DNA of 64,000 nt from Octopus vulgaris (taxonomy: Eukaryota). The stretch lies in the NCBI GenBank assembly GCA_951406725.2, contig OX597819.1, positions 78,492,001-78,556,000 of the forward strand, given 5' to 3'. Both the position numbers and the translations under genes were made by a program. The notes beneath the pieces are model-generated. The model was not told where the DNA came from. It was given only the letters and a program-made list of their open reading frames with translations, and made no database searches. Shown here in pieces: positions 40,417-53,760 of the stretch. How positions within the stretch are numbered: the stretch's first letter is position 1; each line of letters begins with the position of its first letter.

Positions 40417-40770
40417 AGGCGTAGGAGTGGTTGTGCGGTAAGTAGCTTGCTTACGAACCACATCGTTCCGGGTTCAGTCCCACTGCGTGGCACCTTGGTC
40501 TTCTATTATAGCCTCGGTCTTCTACCGAGCTGACCAAAGCCTTGTGAGTGGATTTGATAGACGTCGTATATATATGTATGTGTATATGTTTGTGTGTCTG
40601 TGCTTGACCATCGATGCTGGTGTGTTTACGTCCCCATAACTTAGCGGTTCGGCAAAAGAGACCGATAGAATAAGCACTAAGATAACAAAGAATAAGTCCT
40701 GGGAGTGAGTTGCTCGAATAAAGGCGGTGCTCCAGCATGGCCACAGTCAAATGACTGAAAAGAGTAAAAG
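40417..40770 (+). mobile_element. SINE family A, near full-length, CpG-retaining
   Basis: aggcgtaggagtggttgtgcggtaag...ccgggttcagtccc...ggcggtgctccagcatggccacagtcaaatgactgaaa. Confidence 0.85.
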
Positions 40771-41769
40771 TTTATTATTTTGTGTGTGTGTGCATGCGCT
40801 CACGTGCGTGTGTGTATGTATGATCAGTACATTACAAACATACAACTGTAATATATATATATGTGTGTGTGTGTACTGAAATACTATGCTACTAAAATTG
40901 TAACCAGCACCAATAACCGCAGCCAAAACATTAACGTCCTTTGCCTACGCCATTCTTAAAATGATAACACATACAACAGACATACAAAATATTCTTCATA
41001 TATATATAGGTGCCCAGTCCTCTACTCTGTAAAGTAGTTGGCATTAGGGAAGGCATTCACCAGGTAAAAACCATGCCAAAACAGAAAGGTGTGTTTGATA
41101 CAGTCCTCTGGTTTGCTGGCTTCTGTCAAACCGTCCAACCCATGCCAGCATGGAAGATGGACGTTAAGTGATGATGATAATGATGATATGCTATCATGAA
41201 ATCTCGCGTCGTCAGATGATAGACGAGGGATTTGCGACTTCTTGCTAAAGAACCACACAGATGATTTGTTTATAGTGATCAAACTGACATTACCAGTAGA
41301 GGTGCACAAGGGTGTCACACATCAAATGTCGAAAACGATCGCAAAGGGAACAGAAATGAAGTGTTTTGCTCAAGAGAAACGATGCCCTACTCAGTCTGGG
41401 ATTCGAAATCACGATCTCGCGATCGTAAGCGCAACACCCTAACCACGAAGCTACATCAATTCTGCCAGTGAACAACAATAGATTGGTACTTTATTTGTCG
41501 ACCCCAAAATGATAAAGAGGCAAAATCGACCTCAATGGGATTTGAACTCAGAGCGTAGAGAGCTGGAACAAAGACCACAAAGCATTCTTGCCTGGATCTG
41601 TAACAATTCTTCCATTGCTTGTCCAACCCATGCCAGCATAGTAAACGGACGTTAAATGATGATACTGATGATCCATCACGAATTGGTATTTCATTTTATC
41701 TACTCTGAAGGGATCCATGCATTCACCCAATCATTTTCTCTACCTGTTATTCCTGGGAAAATCCTAGAG

Positions 41770-42095
41770 GTAGAGTCCATAGGGTCCAATCAAAAGTAAC
41801 TATCTTTACACTTTCCCGCTGCATTCCCAAACGTGACCAGCTGAAAACTTTGGATATTGTCCAGCCGTCTCGTTCTTCGTCTACTTCCAGGCCTTCGGCC
41901 AGCTGGGTTGTCTTGAATAATTCGTCTTTCGCGGAGCATTTTAGGGATCCATCCATTCACCCATCTGTCTTCTCCACCCACAATTTCAGGTAGGATCCTA
42001 AAGATAGGGTCCTGAGACACCCCCTCCATTGGGTCCTATCAAAAGTAACCATCATTACACTTTCCCGCTGGACTCCCAAGCGTGACCGACTGAAA
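41770..42095 (-). pseudogene. Degenerate RTE-like LINE ORF2 C-terminus with a local ~65-bp duplication
   Basis: Minus-strand peptide RRIIQDNPAGRRPGSRRRTRRLDNIQ resembles the RTE G.R..GRP..RW.D.I motif. gggtcc.atcaaaagtaac... is repeated at 41782 and 42031. Confidence 0.5.
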
Positions 42096-43129
42096 TATAC
42101 CGCTAAGCATTTCGTCGAACGTGCTAACGATTTTGCCAGCTCGCCGCCTTCAAATAAGAAAATAATAATCTTTTTTACTCAAAGGACAAGGCCCGAAAGT
42201 TTTGGGAAGGGGGAAATCGATTAGATCGATTCTAGTACGCAACTGATACTTAATTTATCGACCCCGAAGGGATGAAAGGCAAAGTCTACTTCGGCGGAAT
42301 TTGAACTCAGAACATAAAGGCAAACGAAATACCTATTTCTTTACTACCCACAAGGGGCTATACACAGAGTGAACAAACAAACGGATTAAGTCGATTATAT
42401 CGACCCCAGGGCGTAACTGGTACTTATTTAATCGACCCCGAAAGGATGAAAGGCAAAGTCGACCTATGCGGAATTTGAACTCAGAACGTAACGGCAGACG
42501 AAATACCCATAAGCATTTCGCCTGGCGTGCTAACGTTTCTTTTTTCTTTATTGCCCACAAGGAGCTAAACAGAGGGGAAAAACAAAGACAGATAGAGGGA
42601 TTAAGTCGATTGCATCGACCCCAGTGCGCAACTGGTAACTTATTTAATCGAACCCGAAAGGATGAAAGGCGAAGTCGACCTCGGCGGAATTTGAACTCAG
42701 AACGTAACGGCAGACGAAATACCTATTTCTTTACTACCCACAAGGGGCCAAACACAGAGAGGACAAACTAGGACAGACAAACGGATTAAGTCGATTATTT
42801 CAACCCCAGTTCGTAACTGGTACTTATTTAATCGACCCCAAAAGGATGAAAGGCAAAGTCGACCTCGGCGGAATTTGAACTCAGAACGTAGCGGCTGACG
42901 AAATACCGCTAAGAATTTCGCCCGGCGTGCTAACGATTTTGCCAGTTCGCATATCCGCTAAGCATTTTATCCGGCGAAGTAACGATTGTGCCAGTATGTA
43001 TTTATTTACAAATTAACAGCTAGGTTACGTACTATTCAGTATACTAGATGAACTCAGAACGTAGCGGCAGACGAAAAACCGCTAAGCATTTCGCCCGGCG
43101 TGCTGACGTTTCTGCCAGCTCGTCGCCTT
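42095..43129 (-). mobile_element. SINE family M array on the minus strand (3-4 units plus extra heads)
   Basis: Junctions gaaatacctatttc at 42326-42339 and 42716-42729, an alternative junction at ~42540, and a head ending ctcgtcgcctt at ~43129. Confidence 0.9.
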
Positions 43130-43683
43130 AATAAGAAAATAATAATGAAAATAAAGGAAATAATAAAACGCTTTAAGACAAATGAAAGAGACTTAAATAT
43201 TAAAACAAAGTACGTAAATTAAAAACTTTAAATAATATTACATAACATTCAAAGAAGTTGATTGATGGTTTTTCATCTTTAATAGATAAAATAAACTGTG
43301 GAAGTTGTAAAGATAATTTATGGACACCTTGCATGCATGCATGCATGCACATACGCACACACACACGTGTATGCATGTCCGTGTGTATTTATGTCAATTA
43401 TAACTGTTTCTTTTATGTAATTTTTACTAAATGTCTAATATATTTAAATATCTGGTACACACGCATATATATTCATTTACACATACATGTATGTACATAT
43501 TTGCATACACACGTACATATATACATGTGAGTGTATGCATGGAAATAAGAATATATGAGATACATGCTTGGGACAATCCATGGTTATGATGCTTATATAT
43601 TAATGTAAGGAAACGTCGTTCATGAAGAGACGTTAAGGTATACACGCAGGAATACAGACGTATATGTGTGCCTGTTGTGTATT

Positions 43684-43722
<39 letters not shown>

Positions 43723-43860
43723 TGCGAGCACACAGATACACACACAAATACGAATAAATACATACAAACGTGCAAAGACACATGTGTGTGTATATACATA
43801 TAAATATGCATACATATACATAAATACGCACGTATATACATAAATACGCACGTATATACA

Positions 43861-43895
<35 letters not shown>

Positions 43896-44209
43896 ATCGA
43901 TCTATCGAACGTATTTTGCCAGTTTGTGGGAATATGTATATGTGCGTATATATATGTATATATATACGCACATATATATATATACAAGTTTTTTTAACTT
44001 TTTTTAACATCGCTTCAGGGTTGACCCAAACTTTGTTGTGTAGTAAAGTTGGATTGGCAGAAACTACGCAGAATCTGGTCGGTTGATTGCATCTGTAAGT
44101 TAAAAGTCTACCGTGCTCGCTACAAGCTGTCTCAAGATACTTCTGTCTGAGTATTATTATTGGATACAGGTGTCTGTAAGAATACTTAGGCTTAGAATAC
44201 TATGGGTGG

Positions 44210-44520
44210 GAGTCGACTTTGTCTTTCTTTCATCCTTTCGGAGTCGATAAATGAAATATCAGTTGCGTAGAAATGTGTGTGAAAGGCGGCGAGCTGGCAG
44301 AAACGTTAGCACGCCGGGCGAAATGCTTTGCAGTATTTCGTCTGCCGTTACGTTCTGTGTTCAAATTCCGCCGAGGTCGACTTTGCCTTTCATCCTTTCG
44401 AGGTCGATAAATTAAGTACCAGCTACGCACTGGTGTCGATGTAATCGACTTAATCCGTTTGTCTGTCCTTGTTTGTCCTCTCTATGTTTAGGCCCTTGTG
44501 GGTAGTAAAGAAATAAGAAA
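44210..44520 (+). mobile_element. SINE family M monomer preceded by a core fragment
   Basis: aaggcggcgagctggcagaaacgttagcacgccgggcgaaatgc...gtaaagaaataagaaa. Confidence 0.9.
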
Positions 44521-44573
44521 TGTGTGTGAATGTGAGAGTGAGATAGATAGAGGGAAAGAGAGAGGGAGAGCGG

Positions 44574-44634
<61 letters not shown>

Positions 44635-44939
44635 AGATGCGTGTATAGGATCGCAATGAGGCGATGTGTGAACTTAAAGAGAAACTAAAGAACTAAATAG
44701 AAGTGACATTCTTTTGACTTTGTTTTGAAAGGAATCACCATTAACTTATGTCACCAACGATAGTGTCAAATAAAATGTGATTGATGACACATCTCTAGAA
44801 ATTTCCGTGATTTTAAAGGAGATCAGTACTCGATCGAAGGTTTTAAGGTCGATCAACGATAGCTTTCAATATCTACATTTGATGTGACGATAGGGACTGT
44901 TGGCACATCTTTTTTAACACCTTGTGTGTATGCGCCTGT

Positions 44940-44978
<39 letters not shown>

Positions 44979-45020
44979 CGCAGGCATGTATGTGTGAGTG
45001 CTTGCAAATATACACGCACA

Positions 45021-45380
45021 TAGAGGCATTTTAACTTACGTTGTTTCGAGTTACGTTATTTTCGACTTAACGTATTTTCTTTTTTTTAAAGAAACTAAGA
45101 GAAAAACAAAAACAAAAACAAAAATATGATATAAAATAAATTTCAGTCGATTTATCCGACCTTACGTCATCGGTCTTAGCGAACATGTTTAAAAACATGG
45201 AAATAAAAAAAAAACACTTAAAAACGAATACTTAAGAGAAAAATGAAAATATATATATATATACATCGTGAAAATATGTACTAACCATTTATTAAAACAC
45301 GCAAATAAATTTTAAAAAATGCTTCTTCGTGTTACGTCACATGTGCGCCTATTACCGACGTAAATCGAGGTATGCCCGTA
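45021..45380. mobile_element. Tigger/pogo-like MITE
   Basis: Right-end reverse complement ta-cgggcatacctcgatttacg; degenerate left end ta-gaggcattttaacttacg; internal repeated ttacg motifs. Confidence 0.5.
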
Positions 45381-45673
45381 TATTGTTTCTAACATCTGGC
45401 GTAAAAATGCCCCCTCCCATCATATCTCTCTCCCGCTCTCCCTCCACATTTCTCAACATATATATAAGCAATAAACAACACACACTTGCTTTATTTATTT
45501 ACAAATAGATTCATACAAGTGATCTAACACGTACATGCACATACACACACACAAACGTTATACATTTACGCTAAATGACACACCACTATGAATACGAAAT
45601 AATCCTACGGAAGTGTGCGCGTGCACACAAACATACACATGCAGGGTATAACAGAAGCCTCGTTAGTATTTTA

Positions 45674-45711
<38 letters not shown>

Positions 45712-45719
<8 letters not shown>

Positions 45720-45947
45720 GTTGTATACTGTCAATCTAACAAGAACGTGACAGTAGGGGTACACCACCGCTGTATAGCCCTAGGAAGCATCGAACGCCTC
45801 CTGATGGCTTTGACAATGTATATAAGGACACAGGGAAAAATGTGTCAAAGCCATCAGGAGGCGTTCGATGCTTCCTAGGGCTATACAGCGGTGGTGTACC
45901 CCCTACTGTCACGTTCTTGTTAGATTGACAGTATACAACCATTCTAT
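45712..45947. repeat. Near-perfect palindrome, 104/105-bp arms, 27-nt spacer
   Basis: 45712-45815 is the reverse complement of 45843-45947 except for one extra C in a C-run. Adjacent to (TA)n. Confidence 0.97.
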
Positions 45948-46023
45948 CGCCCCACCACCGTACATGTCTTTACGAGAGATTTAGAAATTCAATATTTCGT
46001 ATATATATATATATATGTATGTA

Positions 46024-47010
46024 TTAGACTTATTACCCAGCGTTACCCGGTAAAGTATTCACGGAATTGTTTGCCAGTTGGTAGAATGGGAATTCACGAT
46101 ACTTGTGCATGTATGTATATTTAACCAAACTTCTGGACTTATTTAATTGGAACTATCCAAACAATGGTAATCAATCAATTTACATGTACAGAAGCATTTT
46201 TTAAAAACAATTTCTATCCTGAAAATCACCTGTTACTCTTGTTTTAAAGTGAAAGATGTATGAAAGGGTATATGAAATGGACGCGTGTTTGAAGGAGAGA
46301 GAGAGAGAGAAGAAAAGAGTGTGCCACTTACACATACATGAGAACACACACATTCACTCACTCACACACACACACATGCATACACACGTACATACAAAAA
46401 AAGGTGTAAGCATATGTATTGATGTATGTACGTATACATGACAACTCATCCCTTCACTCACTTTCTTTCTCTCTCTCTCTCCCTTCCCCTCTCTCTTTCA
46501 CACGCATACACATCCATTTCACATACACGTACATACATCTGTCACTTTCTCCTCTCTTTCATTTTAAAACAAAAGGAAATAGATAAATTTTTTTACGGAA
46601 ATTAACGAACTCCGGATCATGAAATCACATTCAGTTAAAAATATTTCTCAATGATTAATAATATTGTGTACGTCAAAAAGTCGATGGCTTCTTTTTTCTT
46701 AGAGAGCGCGAAGACTATGTGTGTGTATATGTCACAGCTAGCGTACGTGTGTTTGTGTTGATTGACACGCCATGACATTCATTATATGTGTGTATTCTGT
46801 ATGTGTGTACGAGTGTTAATGTCTCGGAAGCCATGTATCTTTTTCGTCAAGAAATAACAAAATGTGTGTTTAATCAATTAAATAGAGGTCCAAATGTCAC
46901 AAAAATTTGTACTGCACTGCCGAAGGTAAGTATGAAAATAAATATGTGAAAAAAATAAGATAAAATATACTATTTCTGAGATATTTCAGTTACACACACA
47001 CACATATATA
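46024..47010 (-). mobile_element. Possible degenerate Helitron
   Basis: ttagacttattacccagcgttacccggt resembles the CTAG-plus-hairpin end at 54897. The distal end is uncertain. Confidence 0.35.
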
Positions 47011-47671
47011 TATATAAATATACACACACACACATATATATAAATATACACACACACACAACACAGATTATACATGTGCGTATATATGTGCCAGTGCCCC
47101 AGCATAGTCGCAGTCTTAGGGCTGAAACATACAAAAGAATAAAAGAATATATACATACATACATACATATATATATGTGTGTGAGTGTGTGTGTGTGTGT
47201 GAGTGTGTGTGTGTGTGTGAGTGTGTGTGTATACATACACAAACATACTTATGCATATATACACACATACACATTCATATATACAGACACACACACACAC
47301 ACACGTGTGTGAATAAATATATACACATATCTATATACATTCATACATACATATATGTTCAACGTTATAAACATTCCATATAAAGAAACATGTACATATA
47401 GACATGTGTACATACGCATACATAGAGATATATGTACACACATACACACTGAAGACAGCATGTATTCATTTTTGAAAGATGGCATTTTAAAAAGCAAAAA
47501 TTAACGAGAAATATGAACTGGATATAAAAGTTGCATATATCACTATATTCCACGTACACATGTACACACTTCCCTACACACGTGCCAAATGGTTTCCATT
47601 TCATACACACCCATGAACCGTGGTGGTAAACATGTTTAGTTGTTTTTTGGGGGAGGGGTGTTCTGTTACAG

Positions 47672-48171
47672 TACCTATTTCTTTACTATCCTCAAGAGGC
47701 TAAACACACAGGGGACAAACAAGGGCAGACAATCGGATTAAGTCGATTATATATAAGTGCGTAACTGGTACTTATTTATCGAGACCGAAAGCTTGAAAGG
47801 CAAAGTCGACCTCAATGGAATTTGAACTCAGAACATAACGGCAGACGAACTACCGATAAGCATTTCGCCCGGCGTGCTAACGTTTGTGCCAGCTCGCCGC
47901 CTTATAATAATATCGGTTATCACCGCCGCCACCGCTAAGTTACGGGGACATAAACACAGCAACATCGGCCGTCAAGCGATGGTGGGATACACACATACAC
48001 ATATATACGACGAGCTTCTTTCAGTTTCCGTCTACCAAATTCACTCACAAGGTTTTGTTTGGTCTGAGGCTTATAGTAGAAGACAGTTTCCCAAGGTGCC
48101 GCGCAATGGGACTGAACCTGGAACCATGTGGTTGGGAAGCAATCTTCTTACCACACAGCCACCACCGCGCC
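47672..48171 (-). mobile_element. Adjacent minus-strand family M (47672-47903) and family A (47933-48171) SINEs
   Basis: Reverse-complement matches to other copies. The 224-aa ORF 47874-48548 is read through these repeats. Confidence 0.85.
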
Positions 48172-49912
48172 TTTATTGTAGAAGTATAACCAATTCATTG
48201 GACAAATACTTTAGCAACAGAATTTCATATGAACTCCGAAGGGTCATGTGGACCTCGGTCGAGAAACAATGGTTGAATCGAATAAATCTACCTCAGTATA
48301 TTTTTCAAAACTTGTTAGGTACTCTACTGGTCTCTTTTGCCGAATCTATAAGTTACGAGGACGTAAACAAACCAACCCTGTTCTCAGATGGTGGTGCGAG
48401 AGAAACACACACACACACACACATGGAGTACGCTTTCATCGGAAAGACAAAATTTTACAAGAAAAAAAAAAACAGAAAAAATAATTGCAAAGAATTTTGT
48501 TCATTCATTTACATAATTAAGAAAAGGCGTGCGATGATCTACGGGTGAAGGTGTAGGTCGTGGTTTCGATTCTCAGACATGGCGATGCGTTATTTCTTGA
48601 GCCAAGCACTTAGTTTTGCATAACTCCAGTACACTCAACTGAAAATGAGTACCAGTAATATCTGCGGAACTAATCCTTCATTGGAATGGTGTCCCATTCA
48701 AAGGTTGATGGGTGTGGTTGGGGGGACTTGTGCTCTAATTCTGAACGCTCTGAAAATACGGATAAGCTATGATCTCACGAGTCTAAGCTCACGCCAGATA
48801 AAACAGAATCGAACGATACTTAATATATTGATCCACTGTCGGGACACTTGATTCAGTTTGAAGCGGGAATACCGATGGCTGAGATTTTATATGTTTATGA
48901 TTTATATATTTGTATTTTTTATGTTAGGTTGAAAAGGATGAAGAGGAAGAGGGACAAGTGAAGTGGGGGTGAGAAAAATGCATGGGGGCGAGCAAGGAGA
49001 GAAAAGGGAGGAGAAAGGAATGGTAGAGTCCCTCGATCTTTGAAGTGGCTCCTAGAGCTCGACAATAATAGCGTTGATGTCGTTGATGATGAATTATGAT
49101 AGTGCAGGTCGTAGTGATGATGATGATGATGGTGGTGGTGGAGGTGGTGGTGGTGGTAATAATGATGTTAACGATGACGCTGATGCTGATGATGATGGTG
49201 GTGATAATGTTGATTCTACGCATCGAACCCGGAAGGACAAACACCAAGCCGAAATCTCTTGGGATTTGAGCTTGGAAAATTAAGGAACGCAAACTAAATA
49301 GACACTACCGATGTAATTGCCACGATCACCAGCACCACTAGCACCAGCACCAGCACCGCCACTACTGTCGCTAACATCACCATCGCCATCATCATGATCA
49401 CTACTCCGACTTTACTGTTTTGCAGCCATAACTCGTTTAAATAAATAAAGTGGTTGGTTAACATTCAGATTTCTATGTGCATGTGTGTGTGTGTGTTCCC
49501 ACTACGTACAACCCTGACGACCTAAGTGAAGCGATTGCGATTGGTAATCGAAAAAAACCAGGTCGCTGATTCGGTTTCGAATCGCCGAGAAACTTAGCGG
49601 TGCAAATGTAACTCTTTCCCCGCATCCGTGCAACAAAAACAGCAATAGCTATAACAACCACTTTGCCACTTCAACAACAAACATCAAAAACTACAAACTA
49701 CTGTACACTGACCTTAGCTAGAAATGTGTGCCGTTCGGGGCAGCCCTTTACATTGCTGCACTCCACCACTCGGGAGTCACCAAAAGCCTATCTATGTCGG
49801 CTTATACAGCAGAACCATAAGTGCTGCTCCCCACCATCACCACACACATAAAAGCGTCGCCCGGATGTGGAACGCCCCGACCTCCCTACTCCATAACCTC
49901 AGCAAGCTACTG

Positions 49913-50257
49913 AACTACTACTACTACCACCACCACCACCACCATTACTACTACCACCACCATTACTACTACTACTACCACCACCACCATTACTACTACT
50001 ACTACTACCACCACCACCACTACTACCACCATCACCACTGCTGCTGCTGCTACAGCCACCACCACCACCACCACTACTACTACCACCACCGCCACCGCTG
50101 CTGCTACAGCCACCACTCTACTACCACCACTACGGTAACAATACAAGCAACTACAACTTATAGAGTAACAGTATAACAGCAATAACAACAACTACAACAA
50201 CTATTACTACTACAGCAGCAGTATTCAAGAGGCAGCAGCACCAACCACCACCACCAC

Positions 50258-50288
<31 letters not shown>

Positions 50289-50290
50289 CG
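49913..50290. repeat. (CAC/TAC)n and (CAG)n trinucleotide tracts
   Basis: Direct inspection. Confidence 0.9.
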
Positions 50291-51371
50291 CCACAGAGAG
50301 CAGTAGCAACAATAACAAGAACAGACGGACCCTTTGATTATCTATGCGAGACTGATTGATTGAAAAAGAGACCGGCATTTGATTATTTACACTTGGTTAG
50401 ATCGAAACTCCGCTCCGTTGCAGACATCAATACTACAACAGATCTGTTTATATGTTGTTAATCAATGATTCACTGCTACTTTATATCTCCCTCCTCCTTC
50501 TCTCATTTCTTTACGTCTATTATAATTATTATTATTATTACTATTATTATTGTTAGTTGATTTCATTGGTTTTTCATTTATATTTATTTATTTATTTATT
50601 TAAAGTCCGTCAGCATGACAATTACATATACAACACCATCATCAGCAACAATGGTATAGCTGTGAAAAAAGCATTAATCGGAAGCTACACAGCTAACGAT
50701 CGCTAAGCAAATAGCACAATACATAATCATTTCATTCTTACATAGGCAGAAAGCATTTCCATTATCAATACCAACAACAATAATAATTAATAATAAATAA
50801 ACGATTATTATTGTTATTTATTTATTTATTTATTTATTTATCATTAGTTACACAAGGTCTTAATGAACAAAGCGGACGTAATAATGATTTCGGTTATTTG
50901 CCACAAGGGGCGGCGGAAATATTACATGGGTTTATGCGGAATTGATTATAAGTACACATGCACATAGAAAGGTAGAAAAACAGAAAAACAAACATAGTCA
51001 CAGGGGTGGGGCTGTGTGGTAAGAAGTTTGCTTCCTAGCCACATGGTTCTGGGTTCAGTCCCACTGTGAGGCGCTTTGATTTGGGCAAGAGTTTTCTACT
51101 CAATTCGCTTAACTAAAACTCTTCAAGGTAGTGCCCCAGCATGGCCGCAGTCTAATGAATGAACAAGTAAAAAAAATAAAAGATAAATGAAAGAAAACAA
51201 CATAATGATGATGCTAATTTATTTGTTACCAGGGCTTTAGATGAGGGTGGGGGAACTACAAGGAGAATTTACCTAGTTTTGTGTTCGTGTGTGTGAGGGG
51301 GGGCAGGGCGGGGGAGGATACATAAAATCCTGAGGAGAAAGGAAAGGCGGAAAATGAGATAAAATTATACA

Positions 51372-51498
51372 TACGAGGGGTGTATGAAAAGTCTTGAGGC
51401 ACAAAAAAACAAAACATGGTACAAGACTTCTGATGAATGTACAAGAGTTCAAGGCTCAAAGGCATTGAAGGCTCAAAACCTTTCATACACCCCACGTA
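51372..51498. mobile_element. Mariner-derived MITE (~127 bp)
   Basis: TA-cgaggggtgtatgaaaagtcttgag versus right-end reverse complement TA-cgtggggtgtatgaaaggttttgag. Confidence 0.85.
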
Positions 51499-52073
51499 GT
51501 ATAAAATGTTTGTGCAGACATTAATGATGCAGCCCGCCTGATTCAAGGCAACCCACAGATAAAGATAATCAAGAAAGCTCACAGACGCAGGATTTCCCGG
51601 ACCACCAGGAGCACAAGCTCTGGGCCAACTCTTGTTCACCAATCTATTGGCGTTTGCTTACAACAAGTTCATTTACCGGAAACATTTTCGACACAGCCGC
51701 CCACCTTCTTACAAATTTGCTGGGGGTGATCACTTCTTTTCCCACCCTCCCTTTCCTTTCCAAGTGCGACTTGAAAAAATTGGACGTGGGTTTGACAGAA
51801 GAAGAAACTGCCTGACCTCACTCCTTTTAGCCTCGTCTACCATCGAGGATATAATGCTGAATGGTTCCGATTGGTAGACATTTACGCTAACCACTGAAGA
51901 GATGTCGCTGAGGACAGTCATAAAGTATCGATGATCGATCACATTGAAAGCTCTGATCTAACGATCAGGATCTCACATGCTCGAAGTTTCTTACCCATCC
52001 TTTCCATGATGATATATCGCATGAAGTGGAGGTTGTTGTTGTTATTATTATCATTATTATTATTATTATTATT

Positions 52074-52265
52074 AAGGCGGAAATCTGGCAGACTCGATAG
52101 CACGCCGGGGGAAATGGTTAGTAGTATTTCGTCTGCTGCTACGTTCTGAGTTCAAATTTCTCCGAGGTCGACTTTGCCTTTCTTACTTTAGTTGAGTACT
52201 GGGGTTAATGTAATCGACTTACCCGCTCCCCTCAAATTTCAGGCCTTGTGCCTTTAGCAGAAAGG

Positions 52266-52300
<35 letters not shown>

Positions 52301-52965
52301 AGAGTGAGAGAGTAGCGCATGCTATCAGAGTGACACTGAGGTACAAATATACGAAACCCAATATACACATCATGATTACCCGTCTGATAAGGGTACATCA
52401 GCACATGCATCACAACCACATGTGCGCGACATGGTGATCTCATATCAAGATAAACAGCACATCACCTTGCAGGTGGGGTCCAGTTAGAGTTTTCTTCAGG
52501 TCGTGTAGCCCATCCCATTCAAGAAGCCTCTGAATAAGGTTTGTTTTATGATCATGAACGAAACACTCATGTTTCCAAAGAATTCCTCTCAACACATGAT
52601 GCTCCCCAACTACTCTTGTTCATGATCAGAGGTGCATATATCGTCAGCCACTAAGGGCCATGCTCAGCTGGTTAAACTGAAGCAACTGACAAACAAATCT
52701 GAAGTATTTGCTGTAGCCCATCTTTTATGTCAAAACATTATTATTAAGGTGGGCGAGCCGGCCGAATCGTTAGCACGCCGGACAAAATGCTTAACTGCGT
52801 TTCATTGGTCTTTACGTCTGAGTTCAAATTCCGCCGAGGTCGACTTTGCCTTTTCATCCTTCCGGAGCCGATAAAATAAACACTAGTCGAACACTTGGGT
52901 CCGTGTAATCGACGTACTCGCTCCAACGAATATGCTGGCCTTGTGGCAAAATTTGAAACCATTAT
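52074..52965 (+). mobile_element. Two family M SINEs (52074-52270, 52746-52965) in (ATT)n tracts, flanking a ~440-bp insert
   Basis: Heads aaggcgg and aaggtgggcgagc follow (TTA)n; tails end in (ATT)n. Confidence 0.75.
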
Positions 52966-53600
52966 CATTATTATTTGAGAGATGGATTTTCTATATTTCT
53001 TCCTTGTCTCTAATCATAGTTTTTGTTACTGTGGATTTAATTAATCTATAATAATAATAGAAATGGATTGGTCATTGCCGGGTTAAGCACACACACACAC
53101 ACACACATGCACACACATACAGACTCGGGTACAATCCACACACACACACACAACACACTTACGCAAGCACAACTCAACCGCATTGCGACACACACGTCGA
53201 CACACAACATCTACACACATTAATCTACACAAATCAATAAGATTGCAAAACGCGCGCGCTCACATACAAATCCATATTCTAAACACACACACACACACAC
53301 GTATGTACAACCTCATTATGGCACACATGCACACACACAAACATTATAGCAAGAGCCCTGTGGTATATACAGTTCAATGCCTCGTATCAAATATTTGATA
53401 AAATATTTCCCCAAGTCAATCATTTGATCGTTTCATTACTGCTGCTGCTACTGCTACTGCTGCTGCTGCTGCTGCTGCACTTGCTAATGTTGCTGTTGTT
53501 GTTGTTGTTATAACTGTTGTATTAATTTCTACTAAATTTATAGCCGCGGAATAATAGCGAGTAATTTATTATTATGATTTCTTTTGACAAAGCACAAGGT

Positions 53601-53652
53601 TACTACTACTACCACTACCACTACTACCACTACCACTACTACCACCACCACC

Positions 53653-53687
<35 letters not shown>

Positions 53688-53760
53688 GACCACCACCACC
53701 ACCACTACTACTACTACCACCACTACTACCACCACCACTACCACTACTACTACTACTACT
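53601..53760. repeat. (TAC/CAC)n trinucleotide tract
   Basis: Direct inspection; source of the poly-Thr, poly-Val and His/Tyr ORFs. Confidence 0.95.

Noticed and set aside
47874-48548. 224-aa ORF
   Set aside because: Read through antisense SINE M and SINE A copies.
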